From: Candidatus Woesearchaeota archaeon | GTDB taxonomy: Archaea > Nanobdellota > Nanobdellia > SCGC-AAA011-G17 > GW2011-AR17 | Assembly: GCA_964473075.1 (NCBI GenBank) | Contig: CAYYMN010000006.1 | Coordinates: forward strand, 1-34,680 | Length of the DNA: 34,680 bases | Direction of reading: 5' to 3' | Part shown: positions 16,531 through 24,590 of the stretch, one piece after another | Layout of the letters: the number at the start of each line of letters is the position of its first letter | Position numbering within the stretch: position 1 is the first letter of the stretch | Position numbers and translations under genes: made by a program | Notes under the pieces: generated by a model | Database searches by the model: none | Seen by the model: only the letters and a program-made list of their open reading frames with translations | What the model was told of the DNA's origin: nothing

Positions 16531-17295
16531 TTAGGCAGAATGACGTCTTCCAAACACATTCTGTCTTATGTCTGACAAGCGCCCAACCAAATCAGTTTTT
16601 TCCCAATTAGGGCGCAAGATGGGATCATTTTGAACTAATTCTTCACAAAAGTCAATAATAGGTTTTGGAACATGTTGAGGGAAAGTTCTACCAATTGCAT
16701 CCCCACCCAAAGCATAAATCATTACAATTCCTGCACCATACAAATCAGATTCAGGAATTGGAGGAGAACCAGCTTTTAATTCTGGAGCTGCAAAAGCATC
16801 TGTATAACCAATTGCTTTAGTAGAATCAATGGGTTTGTTTGCAGAGAGACCAAAGTCAATTAATACAGCATTATGAATTTTTGGTTGTAAAATAATATTT
16901 TGTGGCTTAACATCAGAATGAATTATACCATTTGCATGCAAGTAATGGAGAACTCCAAATAAACGTTGCATTATCCAACAAACATCTTCGGGATGAATGG
17001 CTTTATGTTTCTCAATTACTTTATCTAAAGTTTTTCCCTCAATAAAACTCATAGCAATGGCATAACTACCATCACCAACAGCAAAATAATCTTTCATTGA
17101 AGGAAGAGAATAATGACCCAGATTCCAAAGTAGTCTTGCTTCTCTACGAAGTAATTCAGCATCGACAGGAGTAATATTAATATTTTGTTTTAGGCAAACT
17201 CTTTCTTCAAGTAAAATATGTTTAGCCTCATAAGTTCTTGCAAAACCACCTTCACCAATTTGTCTTAAAATTGTATAGTTTCCAATAGTTGTCAT
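16531..17295 (-). CDS. Hanks-type serine/threonine protein kinase, catalytic domain only
   Basis: It has the G-loop GEGGFARTY, VCLK, the catalytic loop HSDVKPQNIIL, DFGLS and an APE-like FAAPE. Its start forms an ATGA overlap with the stop of the NMNAT-like gene (17292-17295). Confidence 0.85.
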   Translation of the reverse strand: MTTIGNYTILRQIGEGGFARTYEAKHILLEERVCLKQNINITPVDAELLRREARLLWNLGHYSLPSMKDYFAVGDGSYAIAMSFIEGKTLDKVIEKHKAIHPEDVCWIMQRLFGVLHYLHANGIIHSDVKPQNIILQPKIHNAVLIDFGLSANKPIDSTKAIGYTDAFAAPELKAGSPPIPESDLYGAGIVMIYALGGDAIGRTFPQHVPKPIIDFCEELVQNDPILRPNWEKTDLVGRLSDIRQNVFGRRHSA

Positions 17296-17909
17296 TTTTT
17301 GCCTCCTATTGCTTGCATTTCTTCAGAAGTATTTTTTGGGCTAGAATAATCTGAAACTAGAAGAGATAATGTGTATAAACCAAACTCATTTTGAAATCTT
17401 TCAACAAGATGATTTGATTTTAAGTAATCAAAAACTTCCTTAGGAACTAAACCATTCCAATCAATATTCATAGCCATTGCAATTCGAACATCTGTACCCG
17501 AAAGAGGAACCCTTTTTTCTAAAGGAATAAATTCTAATGGATGCCTGCAATCATATTGTTCAGATAAAAGTTCTCGAACATAATCATTCCCAGAAACAAA
17601 TAGATCTAAATTTCCAAATTGAGAAATAATTTCTTGTTTCCATCTTTGTCCATCATTATATTTAGGGATATGACCAAAATCTGGAATAAACCTAAAAGAA
17701 TAATTTGAGAATCTTGAAGATAGGAAAGAATCAATCATAGATTTAACTTCTTCTGCAGTAAATGGATTTCTCTCGTCATATCTGTTGATACTACCAATTC
17801 CAATAATCAAATGGTCAGAAATTTCACAGAGAGATTCTAACATAGCTGCTGAACTATTGTGCAAAGGTCTAAACCTTCCAATTACTCCAATCCTAGAGTA
17901 TAGTTTCAT
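17292..17909 (-). CDS. nicotinamide/nicotinate mononucleotide adenylyltransferase-like protein (archaeal NadM type, variant motif)
   Basis: 205 aa. IGVIGRFRPLHNSS occupies the position of GRFQPFHxGH, and SGTDVRIAM occupies the position of the SGTxIR motif. Its start forms an ATGA overlap with the Nudix gene stop (17906-17909). Confidence 0.55.
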   Translation of the reverse strand: MKLYSRIGVIGRFRPLHNSSAAMLESLCEISDHLIIGIGSINRYDERNPFTAEEVKSMIDSFLSSRFSNYSFRFIPDFGHIPKYNDGQRWKQEIISQFGNLDLFVSGNDYVRELLSEQYDCRHPLEFIPLEKRVPLSGTDVRIAMAMNIDWNGLVPKEVFDYLKSNHLVERFQNEFGLYTLSLLVSDYSSPKNTSEEMQAIGGKK

Positions 17910-18334
17910 TTTCCCTCCTTGTATTTTAAATATTCATCAATGATTCTACAATGATCAAAAACTAGAGAATTTTTTAGAGCTCTAACTTCATCAAGTGAGT
18001 AAAGCTTTGCTTCCTTTGCATCATCACCAGCCTTTAGAATTCCAGAACCAGTTGCAATAAAAGTCACTGAAACCATATGATATCTTGGATCTCTTGTTGG
18101 AGAAGAAAATACACACAAAGGATGTTCAGGAGTTTGAATTTTTACTTCCAATCCAGTTTCTTCAAGTGATTCTTTAATTGCATTTTCTTCCAAAGTTAAA
18201 CCATACTCTGCATGTCCCCCTGGAAGAGCCAAACCTAATGGATGATATTTTCTTTCAATTAAAATAATTCCATCTTTAGTTCCATCATTGTATTCAATTA
18301 TTATGTCTGTAGATAAAAATGGAAGTCTATGCAT
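17906..18334 (-). CDS. Nudix hydrolase
   Basis: It has the Nudix box GGHAEYGLTLEENAIKESLEETGLEV. The ATG at 18334 is preceded by GGAGGT. The longer track ORF overlaps the 3' end of nadE. Confidence 0.75.
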   Translation of the reverse strand: MHRLPFLSTDIIIEYNDGTKDGIILIERKYHPLGLALPGGHAEYGLTLEENAIKESLEETGLEVKIQTPEHPLCVFSSPTRDPRYHMVSVTFIATGSGILKAGDDAKEAKLYSLDEVRALKNSLVFDHCRIIDEYLKYKEGK

Positions 18335-19238
18335 TTTGAGACCTCCTATATAACAAAGAAACAGGTGCAATAGGCGGATGTATAATTCTTGCTTTTGCAT
18401 TAGCAATATCATGGCGTCTTAAAACATCATCAACCATTGCTTCTACAGAAGAAAATTTTGCAGTTTTGAACAATGAAGAATATCTCTGAGAATCAGTTCC
18501 ACCTAGGATTTGAACTTGAGGATTGACAATTAATTTTTCTCTAGAGAAGTTTTGATAAACTCCTTCTAAGACTAACTCTACAAAATCATAACTATATCCG
18601 AGATCTCCAAAGTCAGTTTGATTAAGTTCTAAACCTGCAGTTGGTTCTCTTCTTGCAATATTCTCAAATCCTAAATATGAAGCAATAGCTTTTACATGGC
18701 GCTTAGGAAGATTTCCAATTGGACTAATGTGAACAGCACCATCACCAAATAAAGTATAGTAACCAATCCCAAAGTCTTCGTCTCTATTTCCTGTTCCTGA
18801 TAGAACTTTATTTTCAGTTGCGGCTTTTGTAGAGAGTACATTTGCTCTTATTCTAGAAATCATATTACCCTTGTCATAAGAATTTTGAAAGGATTCTGGA
18901 TTTGTGAATCTATGAGCTTCAACCAAAGGTTCCAGATTCTGAACTTCGTATCTTATTCCTAATTTTTCTGCAATTTCAATCCCATCTTTCGTATCATTTT
19001 CATTGTTAACTTTGGAGGGAAGGATGTAACCCACTAATTCTAAACTTGTACTATGAGAAACATTGTATAAATCAAAAGCTCTCTTAATAATCGCCACAGT
19101 AGTTGTTGAATCAACACCACCAGAGAGACCAATAACACAACCTGTACTATTTCTTTGAATACATGTATTGACAACGAAATCTCCAATTTCTTGAATAACT
19201 TGTTCAAGATTTATTTCGGATAAAATTATTTTTGACAT
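18327..19238 (-). CDS. nadE: NH3-dependent NAD+ synthetase
   Basis: It has the PP-loop SGGVDS (VIGLSGGVDSTTT). At 303 aa it has no glutaminase domain. Confidence 0.85.
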   Translation of the reverse strand: MSKIILSEINLEQVIQEIGDFVVNTCIQRNSTGCVIGLSGGVDSTTTVAIIKRAFDLYNVSHSTSLELVGYILPSKVNNENDTKDGIEIAEKLGIRYEVQNLEPLVEAHRFTNPESFQNSYDKGNMISRIRANVLSTKAATENKVLSGTGNRDEDFGIGYYTLFGDGAVHISPIGNLPKRHVKAIASYLGFENIARREPTAGLELNQTDFGDLGYSYDFVELVLEGVYQNFSREKLIVNPQVQILGGTDSQRYSSLFKTAKFSSVEAMVDDVLRRHDIANAKARIIHPPIAPVSLLYRRSQNA

Positions 19239-19239
19239 T

Positions 19240-19953
19240 TTAGAACCTCCTCAATTTTGTTTCTAAACCTGCGATTACATCATCAGTAGAAACTAATTTT
19301 GCACCAGCTTGAACCATTTCTTCCAAAGCTTTTTTAGTGCTTTCAGGAAAAACTCCTTTGATTGCATCGCTCACAACATAAGTTTGAATTCCTAAATTTT
19401 GCATTCCTAAAACTGCTGCTTTCACACAATAATCTGTTGCAACTCCATAAACAATAGCCGATGAAACTTTTGCTCTTTCTAAAAAAGGTTTAACATTTGG
19501 ATTTGAGAATACATCATAATTCTGCTTTTCAAAATAGATTCCTCTTTGAGGGAGTTCATTCAATTTTTTTAAGCCTTCATTAATTAATTCATCATCAATC
19601 TCAGATCCTGAAAAATTGGGGATATAAAACGCAGTAGAGTAACCATCTAATGAACCAATACTTGGAGCTCTTGATAAAATAGTTTGATAAATCCTCCATT
19701 GACCTGTAGTTCCATCCATACAGTGATCTGGAAAAGGACCACCATTGCGACTTAATTCACTTTCAACATCACTAAATTCTTTTGTACCAAAATGTCTATC
19801 AACAGAACCTAAAACAAAAATATTATTCTGTCTTGCATAATCAGTAAGTCTCAATAGATTTGGTTTTATCGATTCTGCATCAGATACATATAATGCCCCA
19901 TTTGCATCCATAAAATCTCTTTGTGTGTCTTCATCCCAGAAGATTGTTTTCAT
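19240..19953 (-). CDS. pncA: nicotinamidase (isochorismatase superfamily)
   Basis: It has the FPDHCMDGTTG metal/substrate motif typical of PncA and the catalytic Cys context GVATDYCV. The ATG at 19953 is preceded by GGAGGT. Confidence 0.8.
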   Translation of the reverse strand: MKTIFWDEDTQRDFMDANGALYVSDAESIKPNLLRLTDYARQNNIFVLGSVDRHFGTKEFSDVESELSRNGGPFPDHCMDGTTGQWRIYQTILSRAPSIGSLDGYSTAFYIPNFSGSEIDDELINEGLKKLNELPQRGIYFEKQNYDVFSNPNVKPFLERAKVSSAIVYGVATDYCVKAAVLGMQNLGIQTYVVSDAIKGVFPESTKKALEEMVQAGAKLVSTDDVIAGLETKLRRF

Positions 19954-19954
19954 T

Positions 19955-21289
19955 TTATTGACCTCCATACTGTTTTGATAATGATTCAGTAAGTGTGATC
20001 AAACCTTCAGAAGGAATTGCTTCGTATTTGCTTTGAAAACCAATTCTTTTTTTATCCTCTGGCAACATACTAACTTGATGCTGAGTATATTCTCTAATTT
20101 TTAGAAGAGATCTTCTTTGAGAAACTCTTATTCCATTTTCTACAACTTTTTCTAATAGTGGAGTCCCATTAGGAATTACTTCGGATTCCAAAGCAATAAT
20201 ATCCCTAATAAAAATTCCATCCTCATCCGAAATTCTATAGACTTGTTTTTTTCCAGGATATGTTTTTTTGCATGCGGATAATTTTATTTTTCCACCATCT
20301 TCATCTTCAACAAGTTTGTAAACTCCTGAAATTGCTGCAACAGGTTTTCCAGTAATATTTTCTGTACCAACACCATAACCAGAAACTGAATGACCTTGAA
20401 GTGCTTCTATTTTGTATTCATTTAAATCATTAGTCGCAAATATTCCAACATAAGAAAGACCTTGTTCATCTAAAATTTTTCTTACTAAATCTGATTTTTC
20501 AGCTAATGGATCTGAATCTATTCTTACTGATTTTAATCTAAACCCTTTTTCTTCTAATTCTTTTCCAACAATTGCAGCATTTCTAGCACCTTTTTCTACA
20601 TCATAAGTATCTATCAACAAAGTTGAGTTTAAAGGAAAAGTTTTTGCGTAGGCTCTAAATGCTTCAAGTTCATCTTTAAAACTCATAACAAAACTATGTG
20701 CATGAGTCCCAGCAATTGGAATATTATATTCAATTCCAGCTTTGACATTGCTAGTTCCTGAAAAGCCAGCAATATATGAAGCTCTTGCACCTAACATTGC
20801 AGCATCTTCGCCTTGAGCTCTTCTTAATCCAAATTCAACAACAGGTGCACCTCTTGCTGCATTAACAATTCTATTTGCCTTTGAAGCAACCATTGTCTGA
20901 AAGTTAATTATATTAAGAAGTGTGGATTCCAAGAACTGAGCTTGTGGAAGTGTTGAAGTTACACGAAGTAAAGGCATATTTTCTGTTATTAATGTACCTT
21001 CTTTTACAGCATAAATTTCTCCTTCAAATTTAAAATCTTTCAAAGTTTGTAAAAATTCTTCTGGTAAAGGAGTTCTTGTTCTAAGTTCTTCAATATCTTC
21101 TTCTGAAAAGCTTAAACTAGTAGCATAATTGATTGCATCTTCAATTCCACAGGCAATAAAATAATTCCAATCATCCGGTAATTTTCGGATAAATAAATCA
21201 AAAGTAGCTTTGCCACACTTAGCATTATCTTCATAAGCAGCATTCATTGTTAATTGATATAAATCAGTAAGCATAGTTTTGTTCTTCAT
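19955..21289 (-). CDS. pncB: nicotinate phosphoribosyltransferase
   Basis: 444 aa with the N-terminus MLTDLYQLTMNAAY typical of NAPRTase. GGAGG lies upstream. Confidence 0.85.
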   Translation of the reverse strand: MKNKTMLTDLYQLTMNAAYEDNAKCGKATFDLFIRKLPDDWNYFIACGIEDAINYATSLSFSEEDIEELRTRTPLPEEFLQTLKDFKFEGEIYAVKEGTLITENMPLLRVTSTLPQAQFLESTLLNIINFQTMVASKANRIVNAARGAPVVEFGLRRAQGEDAAMLGARASYIAGFSGTSNVKAGIEYNIPIAGTHAHSFVMSFKDELEAFRAYAKTFPLNSTLLIDTYDVEKGARNAAIVGKELEEKGFRLKSVRIDSDPLAEKSDLVRKILDEQGLSYVGIFATNDLNEYKIEALQGHSVSGYGVGTENITGKPVAAISGVYKLVEDEDGGKIKLSACKKTYPGKKQVYRISDEDGIFIRDIIALESEVIPNGTPLLEKVVENGIRVSQRRSLLKIREYTQHQVSMLPEDKKRIGFQSKYEAIPSEGLITLTESLSKQYGGQ

Positions 21290-21307
21290 TGTGTATCCTC
21301 CAAATTG

Positions 21308-21324
21308 AGTGTCTTTCTTACACT
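21308..21324. promoter_or_regulatory. candidate NrtR box 1 (AGTGT-N7-ACACT)
   Basis: AGTGTCTTTCTTACACT has perfect 5+5 inverted arms. It lies 19-35 nt upstream of the pncB ATG. Confidence 0.5.
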
Positions 21325-21390
21325 ATCTTGCCCCAAAAAAAATCCTTGGGTGATTTTGAAGTTTTGTTTTTTATATTTCATTTTTCTTTT

Positions 21391-21407
21391 AGTGTTTTTC
21401 TTACACC
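21391..21407. promoter_or_regulatory. candidate NrtR box 2 (AGTGT-N7-ACACC)
   Basis: AGTGTTTTTCTTACACC matches box 1 at 15 of 17 positions. It lies just upstream (in the pncB direction) of an AAATATAAAAAA TATA-like tract. Confidence 0.45.
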
Positions 21408-21412
21408 TTCTT

Positions 21413-21429
21413 AGTGTTAATACTACACT
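21413..21429. promoter_or_regulatory. candidate NrtR box 3 (AGTGT-N7-ACACT)
   Basis: AGTGTTAATACTACACT has perfect arms. It abuts the TTATATATAAAG TATA-like tract that faces the M50 protease gene, and its centre is 22 bp from box 2. Confidence 0.5.
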
Positions 21430-21493
21430 TATATATAAAGCTTTCGAAAGGAAAGGAATAAAGTTTAAAAAGGAAAAAACTAAAAGCTGTTTT

Positions 21494-22081
21494 ATGAGAA
21501 TAAAATTTTCAAAGACCGAGATACAAGATCTGGGAAAAGCATGGTTGTTTATCTCAATAGCCTTTGGAATAGTACTCTCAGGAGGGATTTTAGGAATTTC
21601 GTTATTGAAAAGTTTTATTCTCGCTGCGTTAACAGTAGGAACAGGATTCTTGTTGCATGAATTAGGGCATAAAATTGTTGCACAAAGGTATGGGTGCTTT
21701 GCAGAGTTCAGGGCGGATAATTTTATGTTGTTCCTGGCAGTTTTAACTTCATTCCTAGGGATTGTGTTTGCAGCGCCTGGAGCAGTAATGATTGCAGGGC
21801 ATATTAGTCGCGAGAGGAATGGGAAGATTTCGGTTGCTGGTCCTTTAGTGAATATTATTTTAGGGTTGATATTTTTAGCTCTAAGTTATATTGTAACTCA
21901 AGGATTCGTTAATGAGTTATTCATGTTTGGATTCATGGTAAATTCATGGTTAGCATTGTTTAATATGATACCTTTATGGATTTTAGATGGAAAGAAAGTT
22001 TTGGATTGGAATAAAGGGGTTTATTTTGTAATATTGTTGGTTGCAATAGGGTTGTTTGTAAAAGGGATTGTTTTGTTTTAA
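21494..22081 (+). CDS. site-2 protease family (M50) membrane metalloprotease
   Basis: It has HELGHK (HExxH) and a NMIPLWILDG (NxxPxxxLDG) motif in a polytopic membrane protein. The ATG at 21494 is preferred over the track start at 21305. Confidence 0.75.
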   Translation: MRIKFSKTEIQDLGKAWLFISIAFGIVLSGGILGISLLKSFILAALTVGTGFLLHELGHKIVAQRYGCFAEFRADNFMLFLAVLTSFLGIVFAAPGAVMIAGHISRERNGKISVAGPLVNIILGLIFLALSYIVTQGFVNELFMFGFMVNSWLALFNMIPLWILDGKKVLDWNKGVYFVILLVAIGLFVKGIVLF

Positions 22082-22140
22082 AAATCATCTGAAGATGCCT
22101 AGATTTTATTAAATCTTTTTTCCATTTTATTTGTAAGAAT

Positions 22141-22662
22141 TTATTTTAACTCATTGAAAAGATCATATCGCATACTAATATGATTATCTTTCTTCGTGTA
22201 TCTTTCATCTAAATTTCTAACAAACCCAAATTGTTCATACCATTCTGATTTAGTTGGATAAGCATCAACAGTAACAAATCTAACTGCAATCATATCTGAA
22301 CATTCTAGAATATGTCCTATAGCACACTTTAGAATAATAGAACCTATTTTATTGCCTTTATATTTTCTATCTCTTCCAATTCTTGCAATCTTAATCGCAG
22401 GAAATTCTTGAATGGGTTTTTCTTGAATTATATGTGTATGTTTTTCTTCTAATTTAAGTTTAATAGAATCAGTTGCAGCAGAAAAAAATCCAATTACCTC
22501 TTCATTGAAAGTAAACAAAGTTGTAGTCGCAATTTTCTTATCTTGATAGATCAAAGCATCTTTTTTGAGAAATTCATTAATATCATTATCTCCACAATCA
22601 AATTTTGAAAGATCATATAATTTAGAAAGTCTTACAGCTTGTAATTGTGAAAGCTCAATCAT
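22141..22662 (-). CDS. GNAT acetyltransferase, toxin-type (TacT/KacT/AtaT-like architecture)
   Basis: It has the N-terminal KFDCGDNDINEFLKKDALIYQ motif typical of TA-associated GNATs and an acetyl-CoA-type motif (RKYKGNKIGSIIL). The ATG at 22662 is preferred over the GTG at 22674. Confidence 0.65.
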   Translation of the reverse strand: MIELSQLQAVRLSKLYDLSKFDCGDNDINEFLKKDALIYQDKKIATTTLFTFNEEVIGFFSAATDSIKLKLEEKHTHIIQEKPIQEFPAIKIARIGRDRKYKGNKIGSIILKCAIGHILECSDMIAVRFVTVDAYPTKSEWYEQFGFVRNLDERYTKKDNHISMRYDLFNELK

Positions 22663-22670
22663 AAAAATGC

Positions 22671-22817
22671 TCACTTCTTTGTTATTTTAAAAATACTTTT
22701 ACATTCATCTAAGAAAGCTTGTTTTCTAGGATTATAACTCACATTATTTATTTCTTTAAGAAATCTTTCTGCATCTTTTCCTTCTAAAATAGGAGTTGGT
22801 TCTATTGGTCTTGCCAT
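22671..22817 (-). CDS. small putative antitoxin (48 aa) upstream of the GNAT gene
   Basis: Hand translated as MARPIEPTPILEGKDAERFLKEINNVSYNPRKQAFLDECKSIFKITKK. Its stop lies 8 nt before the GNAT ATG. It is too short for the ORF track. Confidence 0.4.
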   Translation of the reverse strand: MARPIEPTPILEGKDAERFLKEINNVSYNPRKQAFLDECKSIFKITKK

Positions 22818-22919
22818 AAAAGTTTAAAAAGTCTAAAAGTATATAAATATTTGCTAAGTTGCAATTTGGTCATTTTTTGAACAAAAACTTTTTTAAACTA
22901 AAGAGGATTAAAATAGTGG

Positions 22920-24590
22920 ATGGGGTTTATCAGTGCGTTCAAAAGATTTTCTAGATTGAGGGTGATAGTTGAACTATTGATAAAAGAAGGATTTGAAGAT
23001 GTTAGTTCAAGGTTGCATTTCAATACGCCAATTCATTTTGGGGAAAAATTAAATATCAAAGCAAAAAAGAATTTACAAGGAAATACTGCAGAGAGATTAA
23101 GGATAGTTTTAGAAGAAGCAGGCGGGGCGTTTGTAAAGTTGGGGCAGATGCTTTCATTGCGTTCGGATTTGATTCCACAAGAATATTGTGATGAATTCTC
23201 AAAATTGCAGGATGCTGTGAAACCTTTCCCTATGCATCAGGTTAGAAAAATAATCCAGGAAGAATTTGGGAAGCCAATAAATAGAATATTTGAGGAGTTT
23301 GATCCTGTGCCTATTGCAGCAGCGTCTGTTGGGCAGGTGCATAAAGCAAAATTGAAAAATGGAGAGATTGTTGCAGTTAAAGTTCAGAGGCCAGACATAC
23401 AAAAAGTGTTTGAAGCAGATATTGATTTGATGTATTACATTGCTGAAGAGGCAGGAAAGCATTGGCCAGACTTTAAAGCTTTCAAGCCAAAAGAGTTAGT
23501 GAAACAATTTGAAGAGTATACCAAGAAAGAAATGGATTATCTAACCGAAGGGAAAAATATTGAGGTTTTCTATAATCATTACAAATATCATTCACACATA
23601 AAAATCCCGAAAGTGTATTGGGAGTATACTACAAAAAGAGTGCTAACTATGGAATATATTGATGGAAGAAAGATTTCGGTCATTGATGATTTAGGAATTG
23701 AGCAGAAAAAAAAGATTGCAATGTTAGTTTACAAAAGCATGCTCACGCAGGTTCTGGAAATGAGAGTGTTCCATGCAGATCCGCACCCAGGGAATATATT
23801 CTGGACAAAAAATGCGAAAGTTGCATTCTTAGACTTTGGGATTGTTGGTAGGCTTTCTCCGGACATGGCAGAAAATGTTGAGCTTATGCTTGTTGGATTG
23901 GTTAAAGGGGATCTAGATTCTTTGGCACAAGGATTCATTGAAATGGGAGTAGTGGACGATATTGATGAAAATAAGTTCAAAGAAGATTTGTTTGAAGCCT
24001 GGGCAGAGTTCAAAGGAAGTTCATTGAAGCAAATGAATATGAAGAGATTCTTTGAGAATACTTTTAATCTTGCAAGAAAATATGAATTGAATTTGCCAAG
24101 CAATTTTGTTTTATTATCAAAAGCAGTTATTACAGCTGAAGCATTCGGGAAGCAATTGTATCCAAACTCGAACTTTGTTGAAGTGTGCCAAGATGAAGTT
24201 GATAAACTATTGAAGAAAGAAAGAGATCCGAAGATTGTTTATGGATCTTTGAAGAAAAAGTTCTTTGATATAGGAATTAATTTGAAAAGGTTCCCGGGAG
24301 ACCTGAGGAATATGATGAGAGTCTTGAGGAAAGGGACCAAAGTCAAACTCGAAATAGATCATAAAGAGTTAGGAGAATTGAATGAAGAACTAGATAAATC
24401 GAGCAAAAGGGTTACTCTAGGATTGATATTAGGAGGATTGTTAATTGCCACTGGATTGTTTACGGCAACCGGATTAGAACCAAAGTATTATAATATACCA
24501 TTGTTTGCTATAATTAGTGGGGGCATTACGATTGTGATGCTATTGATATTCATTATTTCAATGATGAAAAAAGGAGGGATGAAAGAATGA
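22920..24590 (+). CDS. ubiB: ABC1/UbiB-family atypical kinase with C-terminal TM helices
   Basis: It has the PIAAASVGQVHKAKLKNGEIVAVKVQRP motif, FHADPHPGNIF and DFG. Confidence 0.85.
   Translation: MGFISAFKRFSRLRVIVELLIKEGFEDVSSRLHFNTPIHFGEKLNIKAKKNLQGNTAERLRIVLEEAGGAFVKLGQMLSLRSDLIPQEYCDEFSKLQDAVKPFPMHQVRKIIQEEFGKPINRIFEEFDPVPIAAASVGQVHKAKLKNGEIVAVKVQRPDIQKVFEADIDLMYYIAEEAGKHWPDFKAFKPKELVKQFEEYTKKEMDYLTEGKNIEVFYNHYKYHSHIKIPKVYWEYTTKRVLTMEYIDGRKISVIDDLGIEQKKKIAMLVYKSMLTQVLEMRVFHADPHPGNIFWTKNAKVAFLDFGIVGRLSPDMAENVELMLVGLVKGDLDSLAQGFIEMGVVDDIDENKFKEDLFEAWAEFKGSSLKQMNMKRFFENTFNLARKYELNLPSNFVLLSKAVITAEAFGKQLYPNSNFVEVCQDEVDKLLKKERDPKIVYGSLKKKFFDIGINLKRFPGDLRNMMRVLRKGTKVKLEIDHKELGELNEELDKSSKRVTLGLILGGLLIATGLFTATGLEPKYYNIPLFAIISGGITIVMLLIFIISMMKKGGMKE

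Noticed and set aside
21305-21493. The N-terminal 63 codon extension of the M50 protease ORF in the track.
   Set aside because: It covers the pncB promoter/operator region and has low-complexity F/L-rich sequence. The ATG at 21494, downstream of a TATA-like tract, gives a normal M50 N-terminus.
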